Below are positions 18,875 through 29,176 of a DNA stretch of 35,528 bases, one piece after another (position 1 is the first letter of the stretch; the number at the start of each line of letters is the position of its first letter). The stretch lies in sequence record SRR31156797_2642, one strand, 5' to 3'. A program made the position numbers and the translations under genes. The notes beneath the pieces were generated by a model, which was not told the DNA's origin, did no database searches, and was given only the letters and a program-made list of their open reading frames with translations.

Positions 18875-18956
18875 TGCTGTATAGTTATCTGCTCATATTT
18901 TGGGTAATCTAAAAACTACGAATTTTGACATTAATAAACACTGAGGAGCGACTCTC

Positions 18957-19514
18957 ATGGCCAGTGATATTATACAACAAATGAATTCTAAGATGGATTC
19001 GAGCATAGATGCCTTTAAGCGTGAACTGATCAAAATCAGGACTGGAAGAGCTTCTCTGGCACTGCTTGACGGAATTCGGATTGATGCCTATGGCTCGCAG
19101 ATGCCTATGGACCAAGTAGGAACACTTACCATTCCAGAATCAAGTATGATTGCGATCAAGCCTTGGGATCCTCAAATGCTGCCTGCTATCGAAAAAGCAA
19201 TTCTTGCATCTGATTTAGGGCTGACGCCTGCCAATGACGGCAACGTTATTCGTCTCAATATTCCACCTCTTACTGAAGAGCGGCGTAAAGAATTGGTTAA
19301 GCAGGTCAAAAAGATTGGTGAGGAATTTAAAGTAGCCATCCGCAATGTACGTCGAGAAGCAAACGATTCTTTAAAAAAGATGAAAAAAGATAAAGAAATT
19401 TCTGAAGATGATATGTTTCGTCTCCAGGATGATGCGCAGAAATCGACCGATAATTTTATTAAAAGTGTCGATAAAATTGTCAGCGGAAAAGAAAAAGAGG
19501 TTATGGAAGTTTAA
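18957..19514 (+). CDS. frr: Ribosome recycling factor
   Basis: IRTGRAS, LGLTPANDG, PPLTEERRKEL, VAIRNVRR. Confidence 0.98.
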   Translation: MASDIIQQMNSKMDSSIDAFKRELIKIRTGRASLALLDGIRIDAYGSQMPMDQVGTLTIPESSMIAIKPWDPQMLPAIEKAILASDLGLTPANDGNVIRLNIPPLTEERRKELVKQVKKIGEEFKVAIRNVRREANDSLKKMKKDKEISEDDMFRLQDDAQKSTDNFIKSVDKIVSGKEKEVMEV

Positions 19515-19535
19515 TTCGACTTCATTATTCTCAAA

Positions 19536-20285
19536 GTGACTACTTTATCAAAAATAAATCCTGTGCCGAGTCATATTGCCATCATTATGGATGGCAACGG
19601 CAGATGGGCTGAGCAGAGGAATCGACCCCGGCTCTTTGGACATAAAGCCGGTGTCGATTCAGTCAGAGAAATTGTTGAAACCTGTCGAGAACTCGGCGTA
19701 AAGCATCTTACCTTGTATGCGTTTTCAACCGAAAACTGGAAACGTCCGCAAGGTGAGGTTTCAGGTTTGATGCTCCTTTTGAAGACTTACCTGCTCAGTG
19801 AATTACGCAATATGCTCTCCAATGATATTCGTCTACGCTGCCTCGGCCAGCAAGACAGGCTGCCTGGAGAAGTACGTGACGTCTTAGAGCAGATCGTTGA
19901 ATCAACTGCGTCTTGCAAGACTATGAATCTGAACCTTGCCTTAAGCTATGGCGGAAGAACTGAACTGATCCGTGCCATCCAGCAACTTGCAGGAAAATGC
20001 GCAGTGGGTGATTTACTTCCAGAGGAGATCAACGAGGAAATCCTCTCCAATCACCTTTATACAGCAGGACAAGTTGATCCGGATTTAGTCATTCGAACTG
20101 GTGGTGAGTACAGGCTCTCAAATTTTTTATTGTGGCAGGCATCTTATGCTGAGCTATATTTCACCGATCTCAAATGGCCTGATTTCAAAAAAGAACAACT
20201 TCTCGAGGCCATAGAGGTTTTTAACCAAAGGCAGCGAAGATTTGGTAAAATCGGAAAACAACTGGATTCGGGGAATCAAAAATGA
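19536..20285 (+). CDS. uppS: Undecaprenyl diphosphate synthase (isoprenyl transferase), GTG start
   Basis: HIAIIMDGNGRWA, YAFSTENWKRP, DLVIRTGGEYRLSNFLLWQ. Confidence 0.96.
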   Translation: MTTLSKINPVPSHIAIIMDGNGRWAEQRNRPRLFGHKAGVDSVREIVETCRELGVKHLTLYAFSTENWKRPQGEVSGLMLLLKTYLLSELRNMLSNDIRLRCLGQQDRLPGEVRDVLEQIVESTASCKTMNLNLALSYGGRTELIRAIQQLAGKCAVGDLLPEEINEEILSNHLYTAGQVDPDLVIRTGGEYRLSNFLLWQASYAELYFTDLKWPDFKKEQLLEAIEVFNQRQRRFGKIGKQLDSGNQK

Positions 20286-21079
20286 ATCGAGTTATTCCCG
20301 GCGTCTTAATGGCAGCCAGCTGCCTGGCTTTGCTCGTTTGGGGACCTACACTACTCATTCAAACCATATTTGTAGTCGTCTCGGTCTGTGGGCTTCTCGA
20401 ATTTTTTCGCATGACCTGCCCCTCTCTCAAAGGAAATACACTTTACCTCACAATTCTGGTCGCTCTTATCCCTGTCTGCTGTTCTTTTTTTGGTACTGTA
20501 GAGTATATATTGGCAGGGATTGTAGCCAGCCTCCTTGGTACGGTGCTTATTGTTCTCAAACAATATACTTCCCTCAATAACGTTTACACCTATCTGAGCA
20601 CTGTTTTTTTTGGTACTTTTTACGTCTCTGCCTCTCTGGCTCACCTTTCCCTGCTCAGCCGGGCTGAACACGGTGCATCCTGGCTGGTGGTGCTGCTAGC
20701 ACTGACAGCCGGGTCAGATACAGGCGCATATTATATAGGCAAGACTTTTGGTAAGAAAAAACTTCTCCCCGCAGTCAGCCCTAAAAAAACCATTGCCGGT
20801 GCGATTGGAGGATTGGGTATTGGCACTGGAATAGCTGTGCTGGTTACCCTGCTCTTGCCGCTCCCGCTCCACTTGGGCAGCCTTCTACCTGCTGCTGCTG
20901 TTCTAATTATTATTGGCATGATCGGAGACTTGGCTGAATCTGCTATCAAAAGATCGTTTCACGTCAAGGATTCTGGAACCATCTTGGCCGGGCATGGCGG
21001 TTTTTTAGATCGTATTGACAGCCTTTTGTTTGCAGGTCCTGTGCTTTTTTATTTTGTTTGGTGGGGTTTACTGGGATGA
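20282..21079 (+). CDS. cdsA: Phosphatidate cytidylyltransferase
   Basis: SDTGAY, VSPKKT, GDLAESAIKRSFHVKDSG..LAGHGGFLDRIDS; hydrophobic protein. Confidence 0.95.
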   Translation: MNRVIPGVLMAASCLALLVWGPTLLIQTIFVVVSVCGLLEFFRMTCPSLKGNTLYLTILVALIPVCCSFFGTVEYILAGIVASLLGTVLIVLKQYTSLNNVYTYLSTVFFGTFYVSASLAHLSLLSRAEHGASWLVVLLALTAGSDTGAYYIGKTFGKKKLLPAVSPKKTIAGAIGGLGIGTGIAVLVTLLLPLPLHLGSLLPAAAVLIIIGMIGDLAESAIKRSFHVKDSGTILAGHGGFLDRIDSLLFAGPVLFYFVWWGLLG

Positions 21080-22242
21080 AAACAATTTCTCTTTTAGGGT
21101 CGACCGGATCGATCGGTAAAAATGTGCTAGCTGTAGCTCGTCGTTTTCCAGAACAATACCGTATTGCAGCGTTGACGGCGGGGAGTAATATCAGCCTTCT
21201 TGCAGAACAGGTTCATGAGTTTCAACCAGAGCTTGTTTGTATTGGGTCGGAAGAGCTTGTGGAAGACCTTGCAGCTCTTTTGCCTGCAAAATATAAACAA
21301 CGAATTCAGAGTGGCAATACCGGCAACTGTTGTGCCGCAACACTTGATTCCGTGGATATGGTTGTATCTGCTGTGGTTGGAAGTGTCGGTCTTTTGCCTG
21401 CTCTGGCCGCCATTGAAGCAGGCAAAGATATCGGTCTTGCTAATAAAGAAACCCTGGTTATGGCCGGCAGTCTCATCATGCAGCTGGCCAAAGAGGCTGA
21501 TGTTCGACTTTTCCCCATCGATTCAGAACATAGTGCCATCTTTCAAGCACTGGAAGCAGGGAGAAAGCAAGATGTCAAAAAGCTCCTTTTAACGGCCTCT
21601 GGTGGACCTTTCAGGCTTTTTGATAAAGATAAACTTCAAAACGTTACCCCAGAACAGGCATTATCTCACCCCAACTGGGACATGGGTCGCAAAATTTCAA
21701 TAGATTCTGCGACACTCATGAACAAGGGACTTGAGGTAATTGAGGCCCGCTGGCTTTTTGGCGTGCCCCCTGAGCAAATCGAAGTTGTTGTTCACCCCCA
21801 GTCTGTGGTTCACTCTCTGGTTGAATATCTCGATGGTTCAGTTGTTGCTCAATTGGGTATCCCAGATATGCAGATTCCTATCGCTTATGCCTTATCTTAC
21901 CCTGAACGGCTGGATCTTAAACTTTCTCAATTGGATCTCATTGAGTGCGGGAATCTAACGTTTGAATCACCCGATAGAGACCGTTTTCCTGCATTACAGA
22001 TGGCCTATGATGCCCTTGCTGCAGGTGGGGTACAGCCTGCAGTACTTAATGCAGCTAATGAGGTTGCTGTTGACGCCTTCCTTAATGATCGTATTGGTTT
22101 TACAGACATTACCAGCGTAGTAGGCATTGCGCTTAAAGAGGCCGGTCCTGGAGATGAAATGAATCTCGATGCAATCCTCGACGCTGACCGTGAAGCTCGC
22201 TTGATAGCTTTAGATGCAATCAAACGCATCTGCAGCTGTTGA
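21076..22242 (+). CDS. dxr: 1-deoxy-D-xylulose 5-phosphate reductoisomerase
   Basis: LLGSTGSIG, LANKETLV, PIDSEHSA, HPNWDMGRKISIDSATLMNKGLE; ATG at 21076 (ATGA overlap with cdsA). Confidence 0.97.
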   Translation: MKTISLLGSTGSIGKNVLAVARRFPEQYRIAALTAGSNISLLAEQVHEFQPELVCIGSEELVEDLAALLPAKYKQRIQSGNTGNCCAATLDSVDMVVSAVVGSVGLLPALAAIEAGKDIGLANKETLVMAGSLIMQLAKEADVRLFPIDSEHSAIFQALEAGRKQDVKKLLLTASGGPFRLFDKDKLQNVTPEQALSHPNWDMGRKISIDSATLMNKGLEVIEARWLFGVPPEQIEVVVHPQSVVHSLVEYLDGSVVAQLGIPDMQIPIAYALSYPERLDLKLSQLDLIECGNLTFESPDRDRFPALQMAYDALAAGGVQPAVLNAANEVAVDAFLNDRIGFTDITSVVGIALKEAGPGDEMNLDAILDADREARLIALDAIKRICSC

Positions 22243-22276
22243 TTTTTAGTACTTTTTACTACATATTTCTTTCTAT

Positions 22277-23362
22277 ATGACCTCCCTCCTTTCTTTTATA
22301 CTCGTTCTCGGTATTCTCATTTTCGTTCACGAACTTGGCCACTTTCTCATTGCAAAGGCATTTGGGGTCAGGGTTCTAAAATTTTCCCTGGGGTTTGGGT
22401 CCACGGTGGTAAGCCGTACGTGGGGAGAAACCGAATATCTCATAAGTGCTTTTCCCCTTGGCGGCTATGTCAAAATGTATGGTGAACATGTTGGGGACAC
22501 TGTAAACAAACAGGAGCAGAATCGATCATTTGCTCATAAAGCTGTCTGGCAGCGATTCTGCATTGTTTTTGGCGGACCTCTTTTTAATATGTTGTTCGCT
22601 GTTTTTCTTTTTTTTATGATGTTCAGCTTTATTGGGCTGCCGGAATCGGTAGACACAACTGTGATTGGTGAGGTATCGGTTGACTCTGCAGCCGAAAAAG
22701 CTGGTCTGAAGCGTGGCGACGATATCATTTCAATCAATGCCCAGCAAACCTTGTCATGGGTGGATGTCTCTGAATTGATAAAATCCAGTGAGGGTAACCC
22801 TATCACGCTTGCTGTTAACCGTGATGGGGAAGAGCTGACCATTATCGCTCAACCTGCAATGCAACAGGTGAAGAACCTGTTTGGCGAGGAGGTGGGGCAG
22901 CGGTATATGCTAGGTATTGTCCGTGATGATGTACTTAAATATACAAAGGTTTCTTTGCTCGAATCTGGTCAAGCCGCTTTGATGCAGACTTGGAATTTAT
23001 CCTATTTGACCGTTATGGGGATCGTTAAAATGATTCAGCGTATTATACCTGCCAGCGAACTTGGCGGTCCCATTCGTATTGCTGAAATTGCAGGCCAACA
23101 ACTGGAAGCGGGTTGGATGAATCTGGTATACTTCATGGGGCTGCTTAGTGTTAACCTCGGAATACTTAACCTGCTGCCTATACCTGTGCTAGATGGCGGG
23201 CATCTCGTTTTCTTAACTCTGGAAGGTATTCGTCGTAAACCGCTTAATGACCGCACGATGGAAATCACTCAGAAGATGGGGATTGCACTACTTGGCACTT
23301 TGATGGTTTTTGTATTTTATAATGATATAGCAAGGATCGTACAACGTTGGCTGGCTCCTTGA
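22277..23362 (+). CDS. rseP: RIP metalloprotease RseP (single PDZ)
   Basis: [16 protein letters not shown]-like region, [12 protein letters not shown]. Confidence 0.95.
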   Translation: MTSLLSFILVLGILIFVHELGHFLIAKAFGVRVLKFSLGFGSTVVSRTWGETEYLISAFPLGGYVKMYGEHVGDTVNKQEQNRSFAHKAVWQRFCIVFGGPLFNMLFAVFLFFMMFSFIGLPESVDTTVIGEVSVDSAAEKAGLKRGDDIISINAQQTLSWVDVSELIKSSEGNPITLAVNRDGEELTIIAQPAMQQVKNLFGEEVGQRYMLGIVRDDVLKYTKVSLLESGQAALMQTWNLSYLTVMGIVKMIQRIIPASELGGPIRIAEIAGQQLEAGWMNLVYFMGLLSVNLGILNLLPIPVLDGGHLVFLTLEGIRRKPLNDRTMEITQKMGIALLGTLMVFVFYNDIARIVQRWLAP

Positions 23363-24072
23363 TTCTTTCCATTGAAACTGCAACTGGGTGCGGTAGTGTA
23401 GCGTTAACATCCGGAAACATGCAGGACGGCCGAATGGTGACCGAGTTTACCCATCGTCCTGATATGACCCACTCACGACGTTTGTTGGGAAGTATTAAAC
23501 AGATAATGACTGTTGCCGATGTCACTTGGGACCAACTCGACGCCGTAGCCGTCAGTTATGGACCAGGGTCCTTTACTGGGTTGCGTATAGGGATGGCCGC
23601 TGCTAAAGGGATTGCAATGGCTGCAGGTATTCCTATACTTGGGGTAGCCTCACTGGACGGGCTTGCTGTACAGTGCATGGAAACTACAAGACAGGTCTGC
23701 TGCGTATTAGATGCACGCAAAGGGCAAGTTTATGGAGCCTTTTACCTGTATGATTCGACTGCACAGAGCATGCACAGGCAGGGAGCAATCCAAGCTCTAA
23801 CCCCAGAGGAACTCATGCTGCAAATTGATCAACCGACCGTTCTTGCCGGACCAGGTATAAAACCCTACCAGGACTTTTTTCTCTCCAAGCCGTTATTGGA
23901 AATGTTACCGGAAACATGTATACAGCCCAGAGCTTCATCAATTGGTTTTCTAGGGGCAGAACAGCTTCATAAAGGTGACATTCCACCTCCTGGCAGCTTG
24001 ACTCCATTTTATGCTCGTGCCTCAGAGGCTGAAATAAATTCCCCCAAAAATAAGAAAATCTCCAAACCTTAA
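23347..24072 (+). CDS. tsaB: tRNA threonylcarbamoyladenosine biosynthesis protein TsaB
   Basis: [39 protein letters not shown] start overlapping the rseP end (exact start uncertain). Confidence 0.93.
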   Translation: MAGSLILSIETATGCGSVALTSGNMQDGRMVTEFTHRPDMTHSRRLLGSIKQIMTVADVTWDQLDAVAVSYGPGSFTGLRIGMAAAKGIAMAAGIPILGVASLDGLAVQCMETTRQVCCVLDARKGQVYGAFYLYDSTAQSMHRQGAIQALTPEELMLQIDQPTVLAGPGIKPYQDFFLSKPLLEMLPETCIQPRASSIGFLGAEQLHKGDIPPPGSLTPFYARASEAEINSPKNKKISKP

Positions 24073-24099
24073 GATCCTTTAGTCAATTGGCTGAAAGTT

Positions 24100-25188
24100 A
24101 TGATTATTCGTAAAGAAACTCGCCAGATCCATGTTGGGAATGTTGCCATTGGTGGCGCTGCACCTATTGTGGTGCAATCGATGACCAATACAAATACAGC
24201 TGATGTGGAGTCCACTGTTGAGCAGATCCATCGTTTGCAGGAGGTTGGCTGTGAGGTGATACGAGTGGCGGTTCCTGATCTGGATGCAGCCAGGGCCATT
24301 ACAGCAATTCGTTCACGGATTGCTATTCCTTTGATTGCAGACATTCATTTTGATTCCCGGCTAGCAGTAGAGGCCCTTGAACATGGTGCCCAGGCTATCC
24401 GTATTAACCCCGGCAACCTTGGAGGTGAGGGAAAACTCGCCAGGGTTGTCGATGCTGCCAAAATGCATGAGGTTTCCATTAGGGTAGGGGTTAATTCCGG
24501 GTCCATTGAAAAAGACCTTCTACAACAATATGGTTACCCGACTCCGGAAAACCCCGACTCCCTTATCAAGAGTGCGTTGAGAAATGTTGCCCTGCTTGAA
24601 AAACACCGTTTTTTAGATATAAAAATTTCCATTAAATCATCAGATACCCTGACTACCATTGCCGGATATCGTCAGCTGGCTTCCGTCACCGATTACCCCT
24701 TACATGTCGGTGTTACCGAGGCAGGAGGTTTGATAGCGGGAACTGTGAAATCAAGTGTTGCCTTAGGTATTCTTTTTTATGAAGGTATTGGTGATACGTT
24801 TCGTGTTTCATTGACCCGTGACCCGGTGGAAGAAGTGAAGGTCGGCTACGAACTGCTGCGTTCTCTTCGCATCCGCGAGCGTGGTCCTGAAATGATATCC
24901 TGTCCAACCTGCGGGCGTACCCGGATAGATCTGTTCGGTCTTGCCGAGAAAGTGGAGCAGCATTTGCAGACCATGGAAAGCACCCTTAAGGTTGCTGTTA
25001 TGGGCTGCGTGGTTAACGGCCCCGGAGAAGCAAAGGAAGCTGATATCGGTATTGCAGGTGGACATGGGGTCGGCATTATTTTCAAAAAAGGGGAAATTTT
25101 AATGAAACTCCCTGAAGAAGAATTGCTCTCTGTCTTTTTAGAGGAGTTGGATAAAATGGAACAGGAAAAGAAACAAGAACAAGGCTGA
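24100..25188 (+). CDS. ispG: 4-hydroxy-3-methylbut-2-en-1-yl diphosphate synthase (IspG/GcpE)
   Basis: VQSMTNT, ADIHF, RINPGN, LHVGVTEAG, SCPTCGR, MGCVVNGPGE. Confidence 0.97.
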   Translation: MIIRKETRQIHVGNVAIGGAAPIVVQSMTNTNTADVESTVEQIHRLQEVGCEVIRVAVPDLDAARAITAIRSRIAIPLIADIHFDSRLAVEALEHGAQAIRINPGNLGGEGKLARVVDAAKMHEVSIRVGVNSGSIEKDLLQQYGYPTPENPDSLIKSALRNVALLEKHRFLDIKISIKSSDTLTTIAGYRQLASVTDYPLHVGVTEAGGLIAGTVKSSVALGILFYEGIGDTFRVSLTRDPVEEVKVGYELLRSLRIRERGPEMISCPTCGRTRIDLFGLAEKVEQHLQTMESTLKVAVMGCVVNGPGEAKEADIGIAGGHGVGIIFKKGEILMKLPEEELLSVFLEELDKMEQEKKQEQG

Positions 25189-25258
25189 ACTGCTTCCTGA
25201 CCAAAAGAACTTTAAAATCGTTGTTGTTAGAACACCACATTTGTCTGGAGAACAATCC

Positions 25259-26974
25259 ATGAGATATTCACAACTTTTATTGCCCACAACCAAGGAAACA
25301 CCAGCTGAAGCTGAAGTAGTCAGCCACCAGTTACTGTTGCGGGGGGGCTTTATCCGTAAATTAACCTCAGGGATGTATACGTATTTGCCCATGGGGCTGC
25401 TTGTTCTCCAGAAGGTAACGGAAATTGTTCGTCAGGAAATGAACAATGCCGGAGCACAGGAAATATTAATGCCCATGGTCCAGCCTGGCGATTTATGGCA
25501 GGAGTCAGGTCGTTGGAAAAAATATGGACCTGAATTACTGCGTTTTCAGGATCGTCACGAACGGGATTACTGCCTCGGCCCCACCCATGAGGAAGTAGTC
25601 ACAGATATTGCGCGCAAAGAACTGCACTCTTACAAACAGCTGCCTGTTAATCTGTACCAGATACAGACAAAATTCAGGGACGAAATCAGACCCCGTTTCG
25701 GATTAATGCGGGGCCGTGAATTTGTTATGAAAGACGCGTATTCGTTTGATGTGGATGATGAAGCGGCTAGTAAAAGTTATGAAATCATGCGTGATGCCTA
25801 CTACCGGGTTTTTAAACGGTGTGGCCTTGAGTTTCGCGCGGTTGAGGCTGACTCGGGTTCCATAGGCGGCTCTTTTTCCCATGAATTTATGGTCTTGGCG
25901 GATACCGGTGAAGATACGCTGGTTACCTGTGGGGCATGCAGTTATGCTGCAAATGTAGAGAAAGCCTCTATTGCTCCACCTGCTGAAGAACCCACTGTTG
26001 CCCAAGATATTCCTCAAATGGAAAAGGTAGCAACCCCTGGAACCAAGAAAATAGATCGTGTGGCTGAACTGTTACAGATTAGTGACAAGGATATTGTTAA
26101 AACAATGTTTTACCTTGCCGATAACGTGGTGGTTGCAGCTCTTGTTCGTGGCGATAGGGTCGTACAAAGCGTCAAATTGAAAAATCTGCTGAATGCTGAT
26201 GATGTGGAACCGGTTGCTGAAGAAGAGGTCTGGGCACGGACAAAATTGCCTGCCGGGTATCTTGGGCCGGTTGGGTTGGAAATGAAAGTGGTGGCCGATT
26301 ATGAGGTCATGGGGATGGTGAGTTGTGTCACAGGTGCTAATGAAAAGGGACATCATCTGCGGGGAGTGAATCCCGGCCGTGATTTTACTCCTGACATTAT
26401 AGGCGACCTGCGTCAGATAACCACAGAGGATCGTTGTCCGCTTTGCGGCGGTGCGTTAGGACTGACCGAGGGAATAGAGGTAGGGCATATATTTAAACTT
26501 GGTACCGGTTACTCCGAAGCTATGAATGCCACCTTCCAGGATAATGAAGGAGGTGAGCAGCATTTTTTGATGGGCTGTTACGGGATCGGTGTCAGCCGTG
26601 TGGTTGCTGCAGCCATAGAACAAAATAATGACCAGAACGGTATCATTTTTCCTCTTCCCATGGCACCCTTTCAGGTGATTGTCCTTAATCTCAGTCTCAA
26701 GAATGAGGAGACCAGTAAGGCTGCAGAAGACCTGTACCTCAACCTGAAAGAGCAGGGATATGATGTTTTATATGATGATCGTGATGAACGACCAGGTTCC
26801 AAGTTCAAGGATGCGGATTTAGTGGGTATCCCTTTCAGAGTAACCCTAGGTAAAACCTATGAAAAAAATGGTGAGGTCGAAGTGCGCCTCCGTAAAGATG
26901 GGACAACTGTAGCCATGCCTTATTCTGAGGCTGCTGGCTATGTTGGCCAACTTATTCAAGATGGCCTGACCTGA
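25259..26974 (+). CDS. proS: Proline--tRNA ligase (bacterial type with editing insertion)
   Basis: LGPTHEE, QTKFRDEIRPRFGLMRGREFVMKDAYSF, GIEVGHIFKLG, MGCYGIGVSR; ATG at 25259 after GGAG. Confidence 0.97.
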   Translation: MRYSQLLLPTTKETPAEAEVVSHQLLLRGGFIRKLTSGMYTYLPMGLLVLQKVTEIVRQEMNNAGAQEILMPMVQPGDLWQESGRWKKYGPELLRFQDRHERDYCLGPTHEEVVTDIARKELHSYKQLPVNLYQIQTKFRDEIRPRFGLMRGREFVMKDAYSFDVDDEAASKSYEIMRDAYYRVFKRCGLEFRAVEADSGSIGGSFSHEFMVLADTGEDTLVTCGACSYAANVEKASIAPPAEEPTVAQDIPQMEKVATPGTKKIDRVAELLQISDKDIVKTMFYLADNVVVAALVRGDRVVQSVKLKNLLNADDVEPVAEEEVWARTKLPAGYLGPVGLEMKVVADYEVMGMVSCVTGANEKGHHLRGVNPGRDFTPDIIGDLRQITTEDRCPLCGGALGLTEGIEVGHIFKLGTGYSEAMNATFQDNEGGEQHFLMGCYGIGVSRVVAAAIEQNNDQNGIIFPLPMAPFQVIVLNLSLKNEETSKAAEDLYLNLKEQGYDVLYDDRDERPGSKFKDADLVGIPFRVTLGKTYEKNGEVEVRLRKDGTTVAMPYSEAAGYVGQLIQDGLT

Positions 26975-26996
26975 GTAATATCACAGGGGTGGGAAC

Positions 26997-29159
26997 ATGA
27001 CCAATATCAATAACCTCCTTTCACTGACAGCCGGTTACCTGCATGATGTTGACCTGACTTCGCTTACAAACGCTTATAGGTTTGTGTGTGAGCGTCACGG
27101 CGACCAGAAGCATGCCTCTGGAGAACCGTACATACAACACCTGGTTGAAGTGGCCTCCAGCTTGGCCGCGATGAAATTAGATCTTGATACGATCGTTGCC
27201 GGATTGCTCCATGGGACCTTAAAGGAAGAAGTCGCCACCCTGGAAGAATTGGAACAGCTGTTTGGTCATGATGTCGCTCACATCGTCGATGGAGCTACCA
27301 GGATTACCCATGTGCGGTATAACTCAAAACTCGCCCATCAGGCAGGTAATATCCGTAAGCTGCTGTTGGCAATAGGAGCAGATATACGGGTATTGCTGGT
27401 CAAACTTGCAGATCGCCTGCAGGACATGCTGATCATGGATGCCGTCGACGAAGAAACACGTCGTCACAAGGCACGTGAAACCATGGACCTTTATGCGCCT
27501 CTGGCCAGTCGTCTCGGAATTGAGTGGCTGAAGCGTGAGTTGGAAGACCTGGCCTTCAAATATCTGTTTCCTGCCGAGTATGAAGACCTTACCAAGCATC
27601 TGGAAAGCACCTTTGAAGAGCGACAAGCCTATGTAACAGAGGTAATAAGTATCCTCTATGACAAGTTGAAGCTCAACAAGGTCTATCCAGTAAGAATCAT
27701 TGGCAGACCCAAACACATTTATTCTATTTATAAAAAGCTTGTAGTCCAGAAAATCCCTCTGGAGAGGGTGTATGACAAAGTTGCCTTTCGTATTATAGTC
27801 CGTACAGTGAAGGAGTGTTACGAAGCACTTGGTACTGTCCATGGAGAATGGACTCCTGTGCCTGGCCGGATTAAGGATTTTGTCAGCGCACCAAAATCCA
27901 ATAATTACCAGTCCCTTCACACCACCGTATCTGGACCCCATGAGCATTTTATTGAGATCCAGATTCGTACCGAAGAGATGGATAAAGTCGCCCAGGAGGG
28001 GGTCGCCGCGCATTGGGCTTATAAGGAAGGCCAGAAAATTTCAGGCAGCGATGCCCGGCTTTTTCAGGATCTGAAAACATTAGTGCAAACGCTACAGGAT
28101 GTTGAGGATCCTGGCGAATTTATGGAATCTGTCCGCGGGGAACTGTTTGAACCAGATGTCTATGCACTCACTCCGACCGGAGAGGTGCGGGAACTGCCTC
28201 GAGGCTCCACCCCCATTGACTTTGCCTACGCCATTCACACCGCTGTGGGAGATACCTGTGTCGGAGCGAAAGTAAACGGGCAGATGGTCCAGCTGAAACA
28301 GGAACTGCAAAGCGGTGATATCGTCGAGATATTAACCAAGAAAGAGCAACACCCTAAGCGTGCCTGGCTGCAGTTCGTTAAGACATCTCGTGCAAAAACG
28401 AGAGTCAGGCAGTGGTTGCGACGTGAGGAGCGGGAACGTTCTCTCAAGCTTGGTCGGGAAATCTGTGAAAAAGAACTCAGGAAATATAATATTTCCATTC
28501 GCGGGCTGGTTAAAGGTGGTCATCTTCGACTTCTCTTGAAAGATCTACGCTGCATCTCCCTTGATGACCTTATGATTAAGGTCGGATCAGGCGGTATTGC
28601 TATACCACAGTTGGTACGATCCCTCCAGCCAGAGGAGTTTCGAGAGGCCGAAGAAAAACGCAGGGAAGCAGAAATGCTTGAGCGTGCCCGCCGAGCTGTG
28701 GAAAATAGAGCTCAGGCACCCTCGAAACAATCCATTGATATCGATGGGGTTGATGACATGCTGGTTAAAATCAGTCAGTGCTGTCGTCCTATCCCTGGCG
28801 ATAGTATCATGGGTTTCATAACCACAGGGTCAGGTATTTCCATCCATCGGGCAGACTGCCCGAATCTTCGTTCTACAGATCCCTCTCGGTGGATAGATGT
28901 GAGTTGGTCTGGATCATTAAAAACTACTCATCGTACAGAACTCTTCATTAAGGCGGAGAATCAGAAAAATATTCTCGCTGGGGTGAGTAGTGCCATTAGT
29001 TCCGATGATGTGGATATTGTGGAATTGACCGCTCGGACAAATGTAGAAAATGTTGCCCAGATCAAGGTCGTCCTTGAAATTTCTGATCTCAAAAAACTGC
29101 AAGTACTGCAACAGCATCTGCAGCAAATGCCTGAAGTAATCGAGGTCCGCAGGGCCTAA
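26997..29159 (+). CDS. Long RelA/SpoT homolog (HD-SYNTH-TGS-ZFD-ACT); synthetase motifs intact, hydrolase motifs degenerate
   Basis: SGEPY, KLADRL, GRPKHIYSIYKK, YQSLHT, EIQIRT, GVAAHWAYK; TGS TPIDFAYAIHT; CCRPIPGD...IHRADC; ACT-like C-terminus. Confidence 0.95.
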   Translation: MTNINNLLSLTAGYLHDVDLTSLTNAYRFVCERHGDQKHASGEPYIQHLVEVASSLAAMKLDLDTIVAGLLHGTLKEEVATLEELEQLFGHDVAHIVDGATRITHVRYNSKLAHQAGNIRKLLLAIGADIRVLLVKLADRLQDMLIMDAVDEETRRHKARETMDLYAPLASRLGIEWLKRELEDLAFKYLFPAEYEDLTKHLESTFEERQAYVTEVISILYDKLKLNKVYPVRIIGRPKHIYSIYKKLVVQKIPLERVYDKVAFRIIVRTVKECYEALGTVHGEWTPVPGRIKDFVSAPKSNNYQSLHTTVSGPHEHFIEIQIRTEEMDKVAQEGVAAHWAYKEGQKISGSDARLFQDLKTLVQTLQDVEDPGEFMESVRGELFEPDVYALTPTGEVRELPRGSTPIDFAYAIHTAVGDTCVGAKVNGQMVQLKQELQSGDIVEILTKKEQHPKRAWLQFVKTSRAKTRVRQWLRREERERSLKLGREICEKELRKYNISIRGLVKGGHLRLLLKDLRCISLDDLMIKVGSGGIAIPQLVRSLQPEEFREAEEKRREAEMLERARRAVENRAQAPSKQSIDIDGVDDMLVKISQCCRPIPGDSIMGFITTGSGISIHRADCPNLRSTDPSRWIDVSWSGSLKTTHRTELFIKAENQKNILAGVSSAISSDDVDIVELTARTNVENVAQIKVVLEISDLKKLQVLQQHLQQMPEVIEVRRA

Positions 29160-29176
29160 AAAAAGCATCTTTTGTT

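Noticed and set aside
18925..18930. Perfect TTGACA before frr
   Set aside because: No -10 at proper spacing, and it is too close to the start codon.
661..25258. Upstream TTG extensions called for rplC (661), rpsS (3140), rplN (5468), dxr (21058) and proS (25241)
   Set aside because: Downstream ATGs match the conserved N-termini and SD or overlap positions better.
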